The notes below the pieces were generated by a model. The model had not been told where the DNA came from. It was given only the letters and a program-made list of their open reading frames with translations, and ran no database searches. Positions 27,321-36,419 of a stretch of DNA of 61,373 nucleotides are shown piece after piece. The position numbers were made by a program, and so were the translations under genes. Position 1 is the first letter of the stretch; each line of letters starts with the position of its first letter. Source of the stretch: an uncultured virus (IMG/VR IMGVR_UViG_3300009128_001768) (Duplodnaviria > Heunggongvirae > Uroviricota > Caudoviricetes); the IMG/VR virus record IMGVR_UViG_3300009128_001768, positions 62,001-123,373 of that record, one strand, 5' to 3'.

Positions 27321-29072
27321 TTATTCTCCCCAAATTCTTGTTGACGCCAACTGATCGAAATCTTCTGTTCTTGTTTTATGAATTTTAAGTAGTGCCTGTA
27401 GCTGCGTGGAGGCTGCTGTAACTTGAGGGTTTGGCCCCCAAAGAGGGCATTGATTGGATTGAAGCGTCGTACAAAAATCATCTAACGCTTCGTACAACTG
27501 CGTAAACAACTTCTTCAAATCAGAAAACCTCACCCACGGTTCAGTGCCGTTGGGACCCATTGGGTCTCCACCATCTCCCATAGCGTAGATAGACGAACGT
27601 TCAGACTGATCACTTGACTTTCTTCCTATCAATATCTGCTTTCCACTGATCTGAATCGTGCCATCAGGTAAGAGGTATATAGCGCATGCGTCATCGCTGA
27701 TATCACCTTCCTTGATCAATCTTATACTGCCATTTATCTCTGGGGCTCCAGAGACGGGATCATCTGACTCTTTTCTTCTGGCAATCAAACGAATCTCATC
27801 AGACTTTGCAACAATAGCAGCAGGAAACTCAATAGAAGACTCATCTTCTGCGGGAGCTATGTTACCATCAATTGCAGATGGGATTGTATCACCCTCCTTA
27901 TCGATGTGGAAACTTTTGTCGACCTGCATTGCCATCGCCACGTACAGCCGCGCTGCGTCGTTCTCCAAATCGGGATCGCCCTCTGCTGGAGTATCAAGCC
28001 GATTCACGTCGGCAGTGTCGTCTCCAACAGGATTTTTATTTGTTTCATCATACGCGTCTCGGCCACCTTCTTCGGGCGGAACATTCTTAACCGACCTGGA
28101 AGCCGTCAACTCGGGTTCCGCATCGACACTTCCGCCAAGGACTCTGAAATCGTAACGGCCGCGGCCGGCAACGATATCGATGCAGCCAGTGCTTATCGAA
28201 GCGTCCAGCGTGGTATCACCATCTTCCAATGTCGCGTTAGAGGTTTCTGCACCGCCAGCGTCTGTACGTGTAACACTGCTGTCTGGGTGGGTCCATCCAC
28301 GATCTTGACCAAGACATATCAAAGCGTTGTTTGAGCCTTGAATAACAAGATCTCCCGGGCGCTTCGTAAAACGTGGAACTGGCTCGGGAATAAATGAAAG
28401 ATACGACAGCGACGCGTTAACGATTTCTTCGTATGCCAGCTCAGTGTTTAAAGAAAATGCGTCTTCCGTGCCGGGACCGTTTGGAAAGCCAAAAATCTCA
28501 GCGTCTGCGTCTAACTCCTCGCCCTGAGCCGATGCGGACTTTTCCGAGGAACTCTTCTCACCTGTTGATCCGACAAACTTCCTATCTCCGTGAGTGTAAT
28601 TGACACCATCGATATGGTCTGGCTCTGGAATCCTACACATCCAATAAGACACCCCCGCAGTAACATCAGGGGAATCGTTAATCACCCATACCTGCTCCCC
28701 GGGCTTTATAGGGAAACACAGGTGGGGAGGGAAAAATGGGTAACACAGAATGCCTACTGTGCCCTTCTCCTCGTTGGATTCTTCATCTGTTTCTACAGTC
28801 GCTCTTTTGTCTGCTCCCGCGGTCACAGAACGAGCGATCACAGAATTTCGAGGGGCAGAAGCCAGCAAATCTGGAGTAGACACAAGCTCCTGTAGCTCTG
28901 TGAATTCTTCTTCAGTAAACGCAGCTAAATCATATAGGATTTCCACGACCACTGCACGTTGCAGTACTTGCGTCGGGCCTGCTGTTCCAGCTTCTTCAAC
29001 GACATCGCCGACATCGCTGGTGGGATTATTGATCTTTGCAACTGCATCTGTTCCCGAACCCTTTGCCATCAC
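27321..29072 (-). CDS. Putative baseplate hub/central spike protein (gp5/gpV-like, no lysozyme domain seen)
   Basis: 583 aa with OB-fold-like CYPFF..CFPIKPGEQVWVI followed by PGDLVIQGSNNALICLG, and C-terminal GTIQISG...EPWVR. Located upstream of gp25/gp6. Confidence 0.55.
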   Translation of the reverse strand: MMAKGSGTDAVAKINNPTSDVGDVVEEAGTAGPTQVLQRAVVVEILYDLAAFTEEEFTELQELVSTPDLLASAPRNSVIARSVTAGADKRATVETDEESNEEKGTVGILCYPFFPPHLCFPIKPGEQVWVINDSPDVTAGVSYWMCRIPEPDHIDGVNYTHGDRKFVGSTGEKSSSEKSASAQGEELDADAEIFGFPNGPGTEDAFSLNTELAYEEIVNASLSYLSFIPEPVPRFTKRPGDLVIQGSNNALICLGQDRGWTHPDSSVTRTDAGGAETSNATLEDGDTTLDASISTGCIDIVAGRGRYDFRVLGGSVDAEPELTASRSVKNVPPEEGGRDAYDETNKNPVGDDTADVNRLDTPAEGDPDLENDAARLYVAMAMQVDKSFHIDKEGDTIPSAIDGNIAPAEDESSIEFPAAIVAKSDEIRLIARRKESDDPVSGAPEINGSIRLIKEGDISDDACAIYLLPDGTIQISGKQILIGRKSSDQSERSSIYAMGDGGDPMGPNGTEPWVRFSDLKKLFTQLYEALDDFCTTLQSNQCPLWGPNPQVTAASTQLQALLKIHKTRTEDFDQLASTRIWGE

Positions 29073-29440
29073 TCATCCTGTATTTGAGAAAATAATTCGT
29101 CAGCATTTATTGCATTATGTGCAGCTTCAGACTTCGATATCAAATCTGCTAATTTCAGTAATTGCTCGTTGGACTTTCCCATGCGCTCTAAATATTTTGC
29201 CAAAGTGCTACCGAGACTGACATGTTCTGATGCACTTTGCGTCATGCATGTGTATGCCTCGACAAATAAAATGTGGGCATTCTGACGATCTATTAACGCG
29301 TTGTCATATATCTCTTTCCAGAGTATTCTTTTCTTTTCATCAGCATGCTTTATCTTTTTTAAGACTCCCTCGAAGTCTTTCATCTTCTTCTTTGTTTGCT
29401 CTAGATCCTGTAAGCTTTTTTCGACTTTATCACCCATCAT
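29069..29440 (-). CDS. Hypothetical helical protein (possible terminase small subunit-like)
   Basis: 123 aa, coiled-coil-like LAKYLERMGKSNEQLLKLA. The function is a weak guess. Confidence 0.4.
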   Translation of the reverse strand: MMGDKVEKSLQDLEQTKKKMKDFEGVLKKIKHADEKKRILWKEIYDNALIDRQNAHILFVEAYTCMTQSASEHVSLGSTLAKYLERMGKSNEQLLKLADLISKSEAAHNAINADELFSQIQDE

Positions 29441-29446
29441 TCATCC

Positions 29447-30178
29447 TTAAAGCAAATCCACGATTCGAGAATCATGCACAATATCTTTGTAATGCTTTCG
29501 TATCTTCGACATCGCAACGGAAAGCTGCTTCGATGTCAATCCCGAAATTTCCCTCACATAAACGTAAATAGCACGCTTGTTTAAAAAGTCCAAATTATCA
29601 ATGTTCTGAAAAACTGTTCGAATGGCCTGCACACAGATTTTTTCATTCTCTTTCGTAATACGTTTGTCAATTTCATCGATAACCCTTACTATATTGTCAC
29701 GAAGCTCTCCCAATTCCATAATCTCCTGGGGGGAGGGAGCAACACTGCTGTTTGCAACAGTATGTTTATCTCTTGACGACATAGTTGTTAGATCGGACAT
29801 CGAAACATGTCTTCTGTCTTCTTTTTTCGCATTTCGACAACGAATAATCAACCAATTTTTTGCTACAACGTTAAAATAAGAAAAAGCCTTTGTGCCGCGA
29901 GCAGGATCCCATTTGTGAATTGTCTCGTATAAGAACGTAACGCAGTCTGACTTCAACGCATGAAACCCATCGTACGGAGAATTAAATCCGTAAACAAAAA
30001 TCAAGCTCTCTGCTAATTGATCGAATGCCGGAAGGATCTTCTCTTTATAGACTGTCTCTCTTTTCTTTGAGTCGTCTTCGTTCTGATATTCTTCAATCGA
30101 TGCTTGAGTATCTTTATTGAAATACATGTTCCTCGGCTTACCGGGGTTTCTACGTATTTTCTTTCGTGCCATCCTCAT
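29447..30178 (-). CDS. Phage sigma factor, T4 gp55-like (late transcription)
   Basis: 243 aa with YFNKDT at the N-terminus, region-2-like LYETIHKWDPARGTKAFSYFNVVAKNWLI (compare gp55 AFAYFT..) and a C-terminal HTH-like VREISGLTSKQLS. Confidence 0.7.
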   Translation of the reverse strand: MRMARKKIRRNPGKPRNMYFNKDTQASIEEYQNEDDSKKRETVYKEKILPAFDQLAESLIFVYGFNSPYDGFHALKSDCVTFLYETIHKWDPARGTKAFSYFNVVAKNWLIIRCRNAKKEDRRHVSMSDLTTMSSRDKHTVANSSVAPSPQEIMELGELRDNIVRVIDEIDKRITKENEKICVQAIRTVFQNIDNLDFLNKRAIYVYVREISGLTSKQLSVAMSKIRKHYKDIVHDSRIVDLL

Positions 30179-30476
30179 TGTCCTTCAAACGACTAAAATC
30201 GTCCGTTAAAGTGTTGGCTATTAAAAGAATAGCTTCTCTAGAACGCACCAGGTCTGTATGGACCTGACGGATCTGTGGACTGTCTGAAAACAATGGTATT
30301 TCGACAATCTCTGTTATTGATGTGTAGCGCTCATCTAAAATATCTAAACTCTCTTCAAGCGCATCTTCGACTCGCAAGATTAGTAAAGCAAATTTAACAG
30401 CAAATGAAATTGCAATAATGGCAATAACTGTTGCTAAAACAAGCCCACAGACTAGTGCTGTTTCAAGAGTCGTCAA
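30150..30476 (-). CDS. Small membrane-anchored coiled-coil protein
   Basis: 108 aa, TTG start, N-terminal hydrophobic stretch ALVCGLVLATVIAIIAISFAVKFALLIL. Confidence 0.65.
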   Translation of the reverse strand: MTTLETALVCGLVLATVIAIIAISFAVKFALLILRVEDALEESLDILDERYTSITEIVEIPLFSDSPQIRQVHTDLVRSREAILLIANTLTDDFSRLKDNEDGTKENT

Positions 30477-31623
30477 CTATACGCTCCATAAATGCGTCAT
30501 ACTGCTCTTTTATGGCGTCTAGCGAAAATTTTTCCCTTAATATTCCTGAGCCAGTTTGTGCCCAGCGCTGGGGAAGAGAGGGTGCCTTCCTGAATTTTTT
30601 GACTCTGGCCTTGAAAGACCCTTCTTTTACATCTGCCCATGCGGTACCCTCTATAAAGACACGGCCGTCATGACGGGACGGATGAACAGGAACCATGTCA
30701 TAATCTAGTGAAAGAAATTTAATGTGCTTCAAAAAGTCTAAATGGCCAGAATAATCTGTTGCGATAACGGGAAGACCTGCCGCGGCGGCATCTAAAATGG
30801 GTAGACCCCAACCCTCTCCGCGGGTTGGTGCCAACAACGCTTTTACGTTTTCATTTTTATACAGCGTAGAAATTTCTCCCTCATCCAGCATACCATGAGC
30901 CAAATAAAAGCGCGGATAGGGCCCTTGTTTTATTTCATTTATTAGCTGCTTAAACATCACCACCGACCTTTCTCTATCAGCAGTGGTAAAACGTCCCAAG
31001 TTGGTCTTCACGATAATTCCAACATCCTTATCGCTCTTAAACGTTTCCGCTAACCACTTCAGCGCATAAAATGTATTTTTTCGATCATTCTCTGGATTAT
31101 TTCCAGTTACTTGCCCAAACATCAAAAAATTAAATGATGTAGGCAAATCGCTCAGCTGCTTATCTAGCTTTAGTGAAATTTCGTCGCTGTAGCTATGCGC
31201 CTCTGGTATCACAGCAATCTTGTGTTCTGGTACACCAGAGTCAACAAACGTCTTCTTTGTAAATGTGCTTGGAACAATTACCATGTGCATTTTCTTACAC
31301 GCTTCGACCCAAGACTGTGAACATAGGTTTGTCTCAACACCGGCAGTCACACCGATATTCACTCGTGCAAGACCCGGATCCCACTCATCAGGTAATTGAA
31401 CCTGAAACGAAAGATCAGGATCTTGAACAGGCGCGGATCGGTCCATGACCTTACCTATCAAACCATCTAAAGCAGTTGGGTCGAGGTAATACGTGCATAT
31501 CCCCCACGGCACAATCGAAGCGTATACATCCCAATTTTTTGATAATGCCCAAGAAAAAACTTGACGAGCGTGTACGCCGTATCCTGTTACACTCAGCAGT
31601 GGCGCCCTTATTATTACTTTCAT
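30463..31623 (-). CDS. Glycosyltransferase, GT4 (GT-B)
   Basis: TGYGVHAR, VIVPSTFTK and RGEGWGLPILDAAAAGLPVIAT. Start moved to the ATG at 31623 to avoid a long overlap. Confidence 0.85.
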   Translation of the reverse strand: MKVIIRAPLLSVTGYGVHARQVFSWALSKNWDVYASIVPWGICTYYLDPTALDGLIGKVMDRSAPVQDPDLSFQVQLPDEWDPGLARVNIGVTAGVETNLCSQSWVEACKKMHMVIVPSTFTKKTFVDSGVPEHKIAVIPEAHSYSDEISLKLDKQLSDLPTSFNFLMFGQVTGNNPENDRKNTFYALKWLAETFKSDKDVGIIVKTNLGRFTTADRERSVVMFKQLINEIKQGPYPRFYLAHGMLDEGEISTLYKNENVKALLAPTRGEGWGLPILDAAAAGLPVIATDYSGHLDFLKHIKFLSLDYDMVPVHPSRHDGRVFIEGTAWADVKEGSFKARVKKFRKAPSLPQRWAQTGSGILREKFSLDAIKEQYDAFMERIVDDS

Positions 31624-31624
31624 G

Positions 31625-32878
31625 TTAGTCCGATGCTCCCATTTCAATCACTTCAAAACGTGGGGTCATTCGCTCTCCAGCTTGCCATTTTTCAACAAGA
31701 TTTAATAGCGTACCATGCCAATCATCAATTGTCGTTTGCAAATCAAATTCTTTGGAAGCGTATTCTTTACATTTTTCGCTTAGAGCGGCTCTCTCACTTT
31801 CATCCATCGAATATAGTTTATAAAAACCATCTGCGACATCGTGCACGTCAGCATAGTCCTCATATATGAAGGGTACGTTTTGCGAACCCACTAATGTCGT
31901 ATGCTTAACGTCTAAGGCAACTCCGTTCTCAGTACCATCACGATGATTAACAACTTGACGTGTTAAGCCGCCAGTCTTAACTGCGACCACTGGGTTTCCC
32001 ACTTGCATCGCTTCCAGCGTAGATAACCCGAACCCTTCAGCATATGCAATATTCACACAGCAATCAGAGATATTGTGAAGTATGTTCATTTTTGTGAAGT
32101 CTACTCTTTCTGGGGAAAACAACACCGAGTGTTGAACACCCAACATCTCCGCTACTGCCACTAAATCTGGGCCCTCCTGATCATGGGGGTCCGTATGCAT
32201 CAAAAGTGTGGCATCAGTGATATTATGCTTCTCGAGAAACAAGCTCCATGCCCACAAAACATCGGCTGGCCTCTTCCGCTTTGCGTTCCGATTAATCCAC
32301 AACACAACAAAGTCATCTTTCTTTTGATACCCCAAAATATCTTGGCGCCATCGTTTCTTTTCAAGCTCTGGAAGTGGAAAAAACACATCGGTAGGTAAAG
32401 CATGAGGAATAAAATTCGTTCTTTCGGGAAATTTTTCACTCACAATTTCATACGTTGGGTATGAATGACAATTTATTAAGTCTGTTGCAGCGTAATACTT
32501 GTCGTTGAACGTCGGGCGGGGACGATTGTCCCATACATGCCAATATGCAATGGGACACAACTGGTGAACTTCATCTTCCATTTCCCACAACCAAGTAAAA
32601 AATCTTGGGTCAGTAAAAAGTAATACGACGTCCGGACGCTCTGTTGCTAATGCAATTCTAAGCATATCTGGATTTCCAAATCCGTCTATTGGCTTAATAA
32701 CAAAGTCTTCAGAGACTTGCACAACGTCGTAATTGTTATGCTTCAATGCTGCCCCGAACTGTCTTACAGTCCAGCAACCCTTCTCAATCAATCCATTAAT
32801 AAGAAACCTTGACTGACATCCAACACCCGATGTTGAAAGAGCGTGGTCAGACAGCATTAGTATTTTATATTTCTTCAT
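31625..32878 (-). CDS. Glycosyltransferase, GT4 (GT-B)
   Basis: 417 aa with NRNAKRK and the EX7E motif AEGFGLSTLEAMQVGNPVV. Confidence 0.9.
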   Translation of the reverse strand: MKKYKILMLSDHALSTSGVGCQSRFLINGLIEKGCWTVRQFGAALKHNNYDVVQVSEDFVIKPIDGFGNPDMLRIALATERPDVVLLFTDPRFFTWLWEMEDEVHQLCPIAYWHVWDNRPRPTFNDKYYAATDLINCHSYPTYEIVSEKFPERTNFIPHALPTDVFFPLPELEKKRWRQDILGYQKKDDFVVLWINRNAKRKRPADVLWAWSLFLEKHNITDATLLMHTDPHDQEGPDLVAVAEMLGVQHSVLFSPERVDFTKMNILHNISDCCVNIAYAEGFGLSTLEAMQVGNPVVAVKTGGLTRQVVNHRDGTENGVALDVKHTTLVGSQNVPFIYEDYADVHDVADGFYKLYSMDESERAALSEKCKEYASKEFDLQTTIDDWHGTLLNLVEKWQAGERMTPRFEVIEMGASD

Positions 32879-32898
32879 ACACGTACCTCATCGAGATA

Positions 32899-32926
32899 AT
32901 CATAAATGACAAGGGCTTATCGTATA
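32899..32926 (-). promoter_or_regulatory. Putative sigma70-like promoter TATACG-N16-TATGAT
   Basis: Same architecture as 60984-61011. Both are followed by a GAGGTAC SD and ATG. Confidence 0.45.
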
Positions 32927-32941
32927 TGCTACATAATGCTT

Positions 32942-33814
32942 TTAGCCGCCAGGGCAATTAGAAGTGTTCTTAAATTCACAAAACAAGCACGAATTTCTAT
33001 TTTTCAAAAAAATACCCCTGCGCACTGTTTTTACCATACTTCGTAAAATGCTCATCGACTTTTCTTCTGCTTTAGGACCAACAGATACGTTCACAAATTC
33101 GCACACATTTTCGAAAGGTGCGCCTCGTTTCAGGAGAACAAAGCCACACCGAACCTGTTTCGTACCAAGCCCAAGTTTGTTTCTCCAAAAAGTCTTATAA
33201 AGCGCAATCTGAGCCCAGGTCAAAATATCTTGGCGCTTATCCCTAAACCACCCCTTGTCGCCCGCGGTCTTCCAATCAATGACGTAATAAACATCTTTAC
33301 CACGAACGCTTGTTTTAATAAGCGCATCGATAAAACCCTTGAAAAAGATATCAGAATCTGCATAATACTCGTACAGCTCTTCTTCAGCAGAGACTATTTC
33401 GTATTTCCCGAACGTTTCAGTTAAAAATTCTGGTAATCTAGAAAGGGCTGTTTCTGCGTATTCTTTCCATTCGACGAGGGGCGGGTGTGGTTTAGGTTTC
33501 CACCCTTGTGACTTTCGATACGCAGCATGATTATCAATAAAGGCCTGGGATTCGAACCCATGTTTTTCCCACTCACTTTCTATCATCGTAACAGCAATAG
33601 AAGCGTCCATTTTGCCTGTATTCAGAAAGTTTTCGATTGCCTCATGTACAGCAGTACCATAAGAAAGATATGGAGAGGGCTCATCAGTGCCAAGCTTGTC
33701 AATATAAAGAAGCTTATGTCGATAGGCGCACTCTTTCCAGCAGCGCACTTCAGAAAACGATACGTGGGGCTTTCCGGTACGAAATTCTATCTCTTCTGGT
33801 AACCTAATATGCAT
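32942..33814 (-). CDS. PD-(D/E)XK nuclease, Cas4/RecB(AddB)-like with four-Cys cluster
   Basis: 290 aa with SFSEV..WKECAY, GTAVHEAIE, GFIDAL, VIDWKT, QIALY and C-terminal CLFCEFKNTSNC. Confidence 0.85.
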   Translation of the reverse strand: MHIRLPEEIEFRTGKPHVSFSEVRCWKECAYRHKLLYIDKLGTDEPSPYLSYGTAVHEAIENFLNTGKMDASIAVTMIESEWEKHGFESQAFIDNHAAYRKSQGWKPKPHPPLVEWKEYAETALSRLPEFLTETFGKYEIVSAEEELYEYYADSDIFFKGFIDALIKTSVRGKDVYYVIDWKTAGDKGWFRDKRQDILTWAQIALYKTFWRNKLGLGTKQVRCGFVLLKRGAPFENVCEFVNVSVGPKAEEKSMSILRSMVKTVRRGIFLKNRNSCLFCEFKNTSNCPGG

Positions 33815-33832
33815 ATAAACTTCCTATGATAT

Positions 33833-33838
33833 ATTATA
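33833..33838 (-). promoter_or_regulatory. Putative -10 box TATAAT upstream of the nuclease gene
   Basis: Perfect TATAAT in a 41-nt gap, followed by an AGGA SD. No canonical -35 is seen. Confidence 0.4.
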
Positions 33839-33855
33839 GAAGTTGTGATATGCAT

Positions 33856-34908
33856 TTACTCTATTTTTTTAAAACCTCGAAATGGTATTTTCTGACCATC
33901 CATCAAGCCTTGAAGCTTTAAATCACGACCTGCGGCTCGAAGGTCTCTTTCGGCCTCCAGTCGATCAGCCTGGTACATTAGCTTTGCTAATTGTTGAAAT
34001 TTCATCTTTGGTTCCCACCCAAGCTTTTCCTTAGCCTTAGACGGATCACCCAGCAGCAAGGGTACTTCATGTGGTCTAAACAAGCGATGATCGATCTCTA
34101 CGTTCCCATCGATCGGTAACCCAGCTTCCTTAAAGACTGCCTCGAGCCAATCTCTAACAGAGTGAGTTTCTCCTGTTGCAATTACATAATCGTCAGGGTT
34201 GTCCTGTTGTAGCATTAACCACATCATCTCCACATAGTCACCTGCATATCCCCAGTCACGCTTTGCGTCTAAATTCCCGAGATATAATTTTTCTTGTAGC
34301 CCCAGCTTAATTCTGGCCGCGGCGCGGGTTATCTTCTTTGTTACAAACGTTTCTCCCCGACGCGGTGATTCATGATTAAAAAGAATTCCGCTAGAAATAT
34401 GCATGCCATATCCTTCACGATAATTCCGGCACAGATTATGTGCAAATAATTTAGCGCAAGCGTAAGGGCTGACAGGCATAAATGTCGTACTCTCATTCTG
34501 GGGATGGGTAGGATTATCACCGTACATCTCTGAAGATGAAGCCTGATATATTTTTATTTCTTTATCTACATGACGAATCGCTTCAAAAATGCGCAATGTA
34601 CCCATTGCAATCGAGTCTACAGTCTCAATGGGGACGTCAAAAGAAACACGCACATGAGATTGAGCAGCAAGGTTATAAAATTCAGAGGGTCTGTATTCTT
34701 CTAGCAACCGATATAATGTTGTGGGATCATGCAGAGAGTAATATCGCAATTCAAAATTTGGATTATCATAAATTTCATTCACTCGGTCTGTTGTAATTAG
34801 ACTTGTTCTTCTCTTCAACCCAATAACACGATACCCCTTTTCAAGCAAAAATTCGGCAAGATATGATCCGTCTTGGCCTGTTACCCCCGTGATCATTGCT
34901 ATTTTCAT
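33856..34908 (-). CDS. gmd: GDP-mannose 4,6-dehydratase
   Basis: ITGVTGQDGSYLAE, NLAAQSHV, YQASSSEMYG, SPYACAK, FNHESPRRGETFVT and LGNLDAKRDWG. Start placed at the ATGA overlap (34908). Confidence 0.95.
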   Translation of the reverse strand: MKIAMITGVTGQDGSYLAEFLLEKGYRVIGLKRRTSLITTDRVNEIYDNPNFELRYYSLHDPTTLYRLLEEYRPSEFYNLAAQSHVRVSFDVPIETVDSIAMGTLRIFEAIRHVDKEIKIYQASSSEMYGDNPTHPQNESTTFMPVSPYACAKLFAHNLCRNYREGYGMHISSGILFNHESPRRGETFVTKKITRAAARIKLGLQEKLYLGNLDAKRDWGYAGDYVEMMWLMLQQDNPDDYVIATGETHSVRDWLEAVFKEAGLPIDGNVEIDHRLFRPHEVPLLLGDPSKAKEKLGWEPKMKFQQLAKLMYQADRLEAERDLRAAGRDLKLQGLMDGQKIPFRGFKKIE

Positions 34909-35915
34909 AAAACGCCCCACGTCGGATTGTCCAGATACCAGCGTATCGTTTCCTCAAGGCCTTGTTCCAAACTTGTTTGCTGCCTCCACCCCATTTTTTG
35001 TAATTTTTCCCCGCACACAGAATACCTAAAATCGTTTCCTGGTCTTGTGCGCTCTGGGTACTTCAACTCATACCTTAACTCTTTTCCCATAATGGAAGCG
35101 ATCATCTTCGCAAGCGTTAAATTATCTGTTTCAGCATCCGCTCGAACGTTATATTTTTCCCCAATGGTATGCGTCAGCATTAAAAATCTTACAGCTTCAG
35201 CAACGTCTCTAGAAAAAAGGTAGCGACGGCTCGAAGGTCTTGTACCTCCTCGGTCTGAGTGAATCACAATACTTTCATTATTTTGTAACTTCTTTATTAC
35301 TATAGGAATAAATTTCTCGAGATGCTGTCGTGGGCCATATGCGTTCATTGTATGCGTGACGATAACAGGAAGTTTATACGTGTTTGCATATGCATTACAC
35401 AGCTCCTCGGCCGCTGCTTTTGTTGCAGCGTAGGGATTTTTAGCATTATACCTGTCGTTTTCTTTGAACGTGGTTCCTGGCGGTGCTGGACCAAAAACCT
35501 CATCAGTGCTGAAATATAAAAACAGTTTTAACGTTTCACAGCGTTCCTTCGCGTAGTTCAGTAAATTACAAGTACCAACCACATTGTCCATCACAAACTC
35601 AAGAGGATATTGTATACTACGATTTACATGAGAACCTGCTGCAAGATGCAAGATGTAGTCTATTCTCCCCAGCTTGTGTATAACATGGTCGCTCAAAGGC
35701 GCTTTGAGATCGTGCCAAATTACATGAGTGCGTCGGCGCCACGATGGGTTTTTCGCAATAACATCACTTATCCTGTCTAGACATCCAGATGTATCCAGCC
35801 GATCAAGCGATACAATATCAAAATCGGTAGTCCTTAATAAGTGCTCTATTATCGCGTGGCCAATAAATCCCGCGCCCCCTGTTATTAGAACAGTCTCTTT
35901 TTTTGTGTTTTCCAT
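34905..35915 (-). CDS. NDP-glucose 4,6-dehydratase (RmlB/RfbB-like)
   Basis: 336 aa with TGGAGFIG, HLAAGSHV, STDEVFG, YAATK and YGPRQHLEKFIP. Confidence 0.85.
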   Translation of the reverse strand: MENTKKETVLITGGAGFIGHAIIEHLLRTTDFDIVSLDRLDTSGCLDRISDVIAKNPSWRRRTHVIWHDLKAPLSDHVIHKLGRIDYILHLAAGSHVNRSIQYPLEFVMDNVVGTCNLLNYAKERCETLKLFLYFSTDEVFGPAPPGTTFKENDRYNAKNPYAATKAAAEELCNAYANTYKLPVIVTHTMNAYGPRQHLEKFIPIVIKKLQNNESIVIHSDRGGTRPSSRRYLFSRDVAEAVRFLMLTHTIGEKYNVRADAETDNLTLAKMIASIMGKELRYELKYPERTRPGNDFRYSVCGEKLQKMGWRQQTSLEQGLEETIRWYLDNPTWGVL

Positions 35916-35960
35916 ATAAACAAAATAATATTAGAATTTTAGAAGATGTTTTAGCATACA

Positions 35961-36419
35961 CTACCCGCTGTACATTGAAGCAACATAATCGCTGCAAATA
36001 CCTGCACATATCGATAATTGCTCAGAGGAATATGACGCTGTTTCTGGCATCACACATATACACTTATCGTTTAATTCGCTACCGGGATACGCCCATATAT
36101 ATCCGGAAGATGTCATGGTGTATGCGTCGTTTTGATGCCAGAAAACATGCCACACTTGATTATCACTTAGAAAATAAGCATACGTGCTTAAGTCTTTAGC
36201 ATGAATAAACAATTTTTCTCTGCGCTGGAGGAACCAAGAAATATCTAATTGGTATTCACCAAAATCATGACCCACAATAAACGTTTCGGAACTTTCACCC
36301 TGCCGAACATCGACCTCAGCATAGAAACCTGCCTGTAGCGCTTTATCAATATAGTCTGGATTATTTTCTAAGGACGGCACGGGGCCGTTGGTGTTTCCTC
36401 GATGAGCAATAAAAATCAT
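35961..36419 (-). CDS. Short glycerophosphodiester phosphodiesterase (GDPD/PLC)-like protein
   Basis: 152 aa with IAHRGN...ENNP...AEVDV...HAKD...GICSDY. Confidence 0.7.
   Translation of the reverse strand: MIFIAHRGNTNGPVPSLENNPDYIDKALQAGFYAEVDVRQGESSETFIVGHDFGEYQLDISWFLQRREKLFIHAKDLSTYAYFLSDNQVWHVFWHQNDAYTMTSSGYIWAYPGSELNDKCICVMPETASYSSEQLSICAGICSDYVASMYSG

Noticed and set aside
22348..29072. Extracellular contractile injection system or T6SS instead of a phage
   Set aside because: The T4-like long gp6, gp55-like sigma factor, Cas4-like nuclease and phage-type fibres fit a myovirus better. Capsid and terminase large subunit are not in the window, so this is not proven.
256..29571. Numerous plus-strand ORFs of 60-180 aa over the structural genes
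   Set aside because: They are antisense shadows of long G/S/T-rich minus-strand genes, giving P/V/E-rich mirror sequences with no recognisable motifs.
32942..33814. CRISPR-Cas locus around the Cas4-like gene
   Set aside because: No repeat-spacer array and no cas1/cas2 or effector genes are present in the window.
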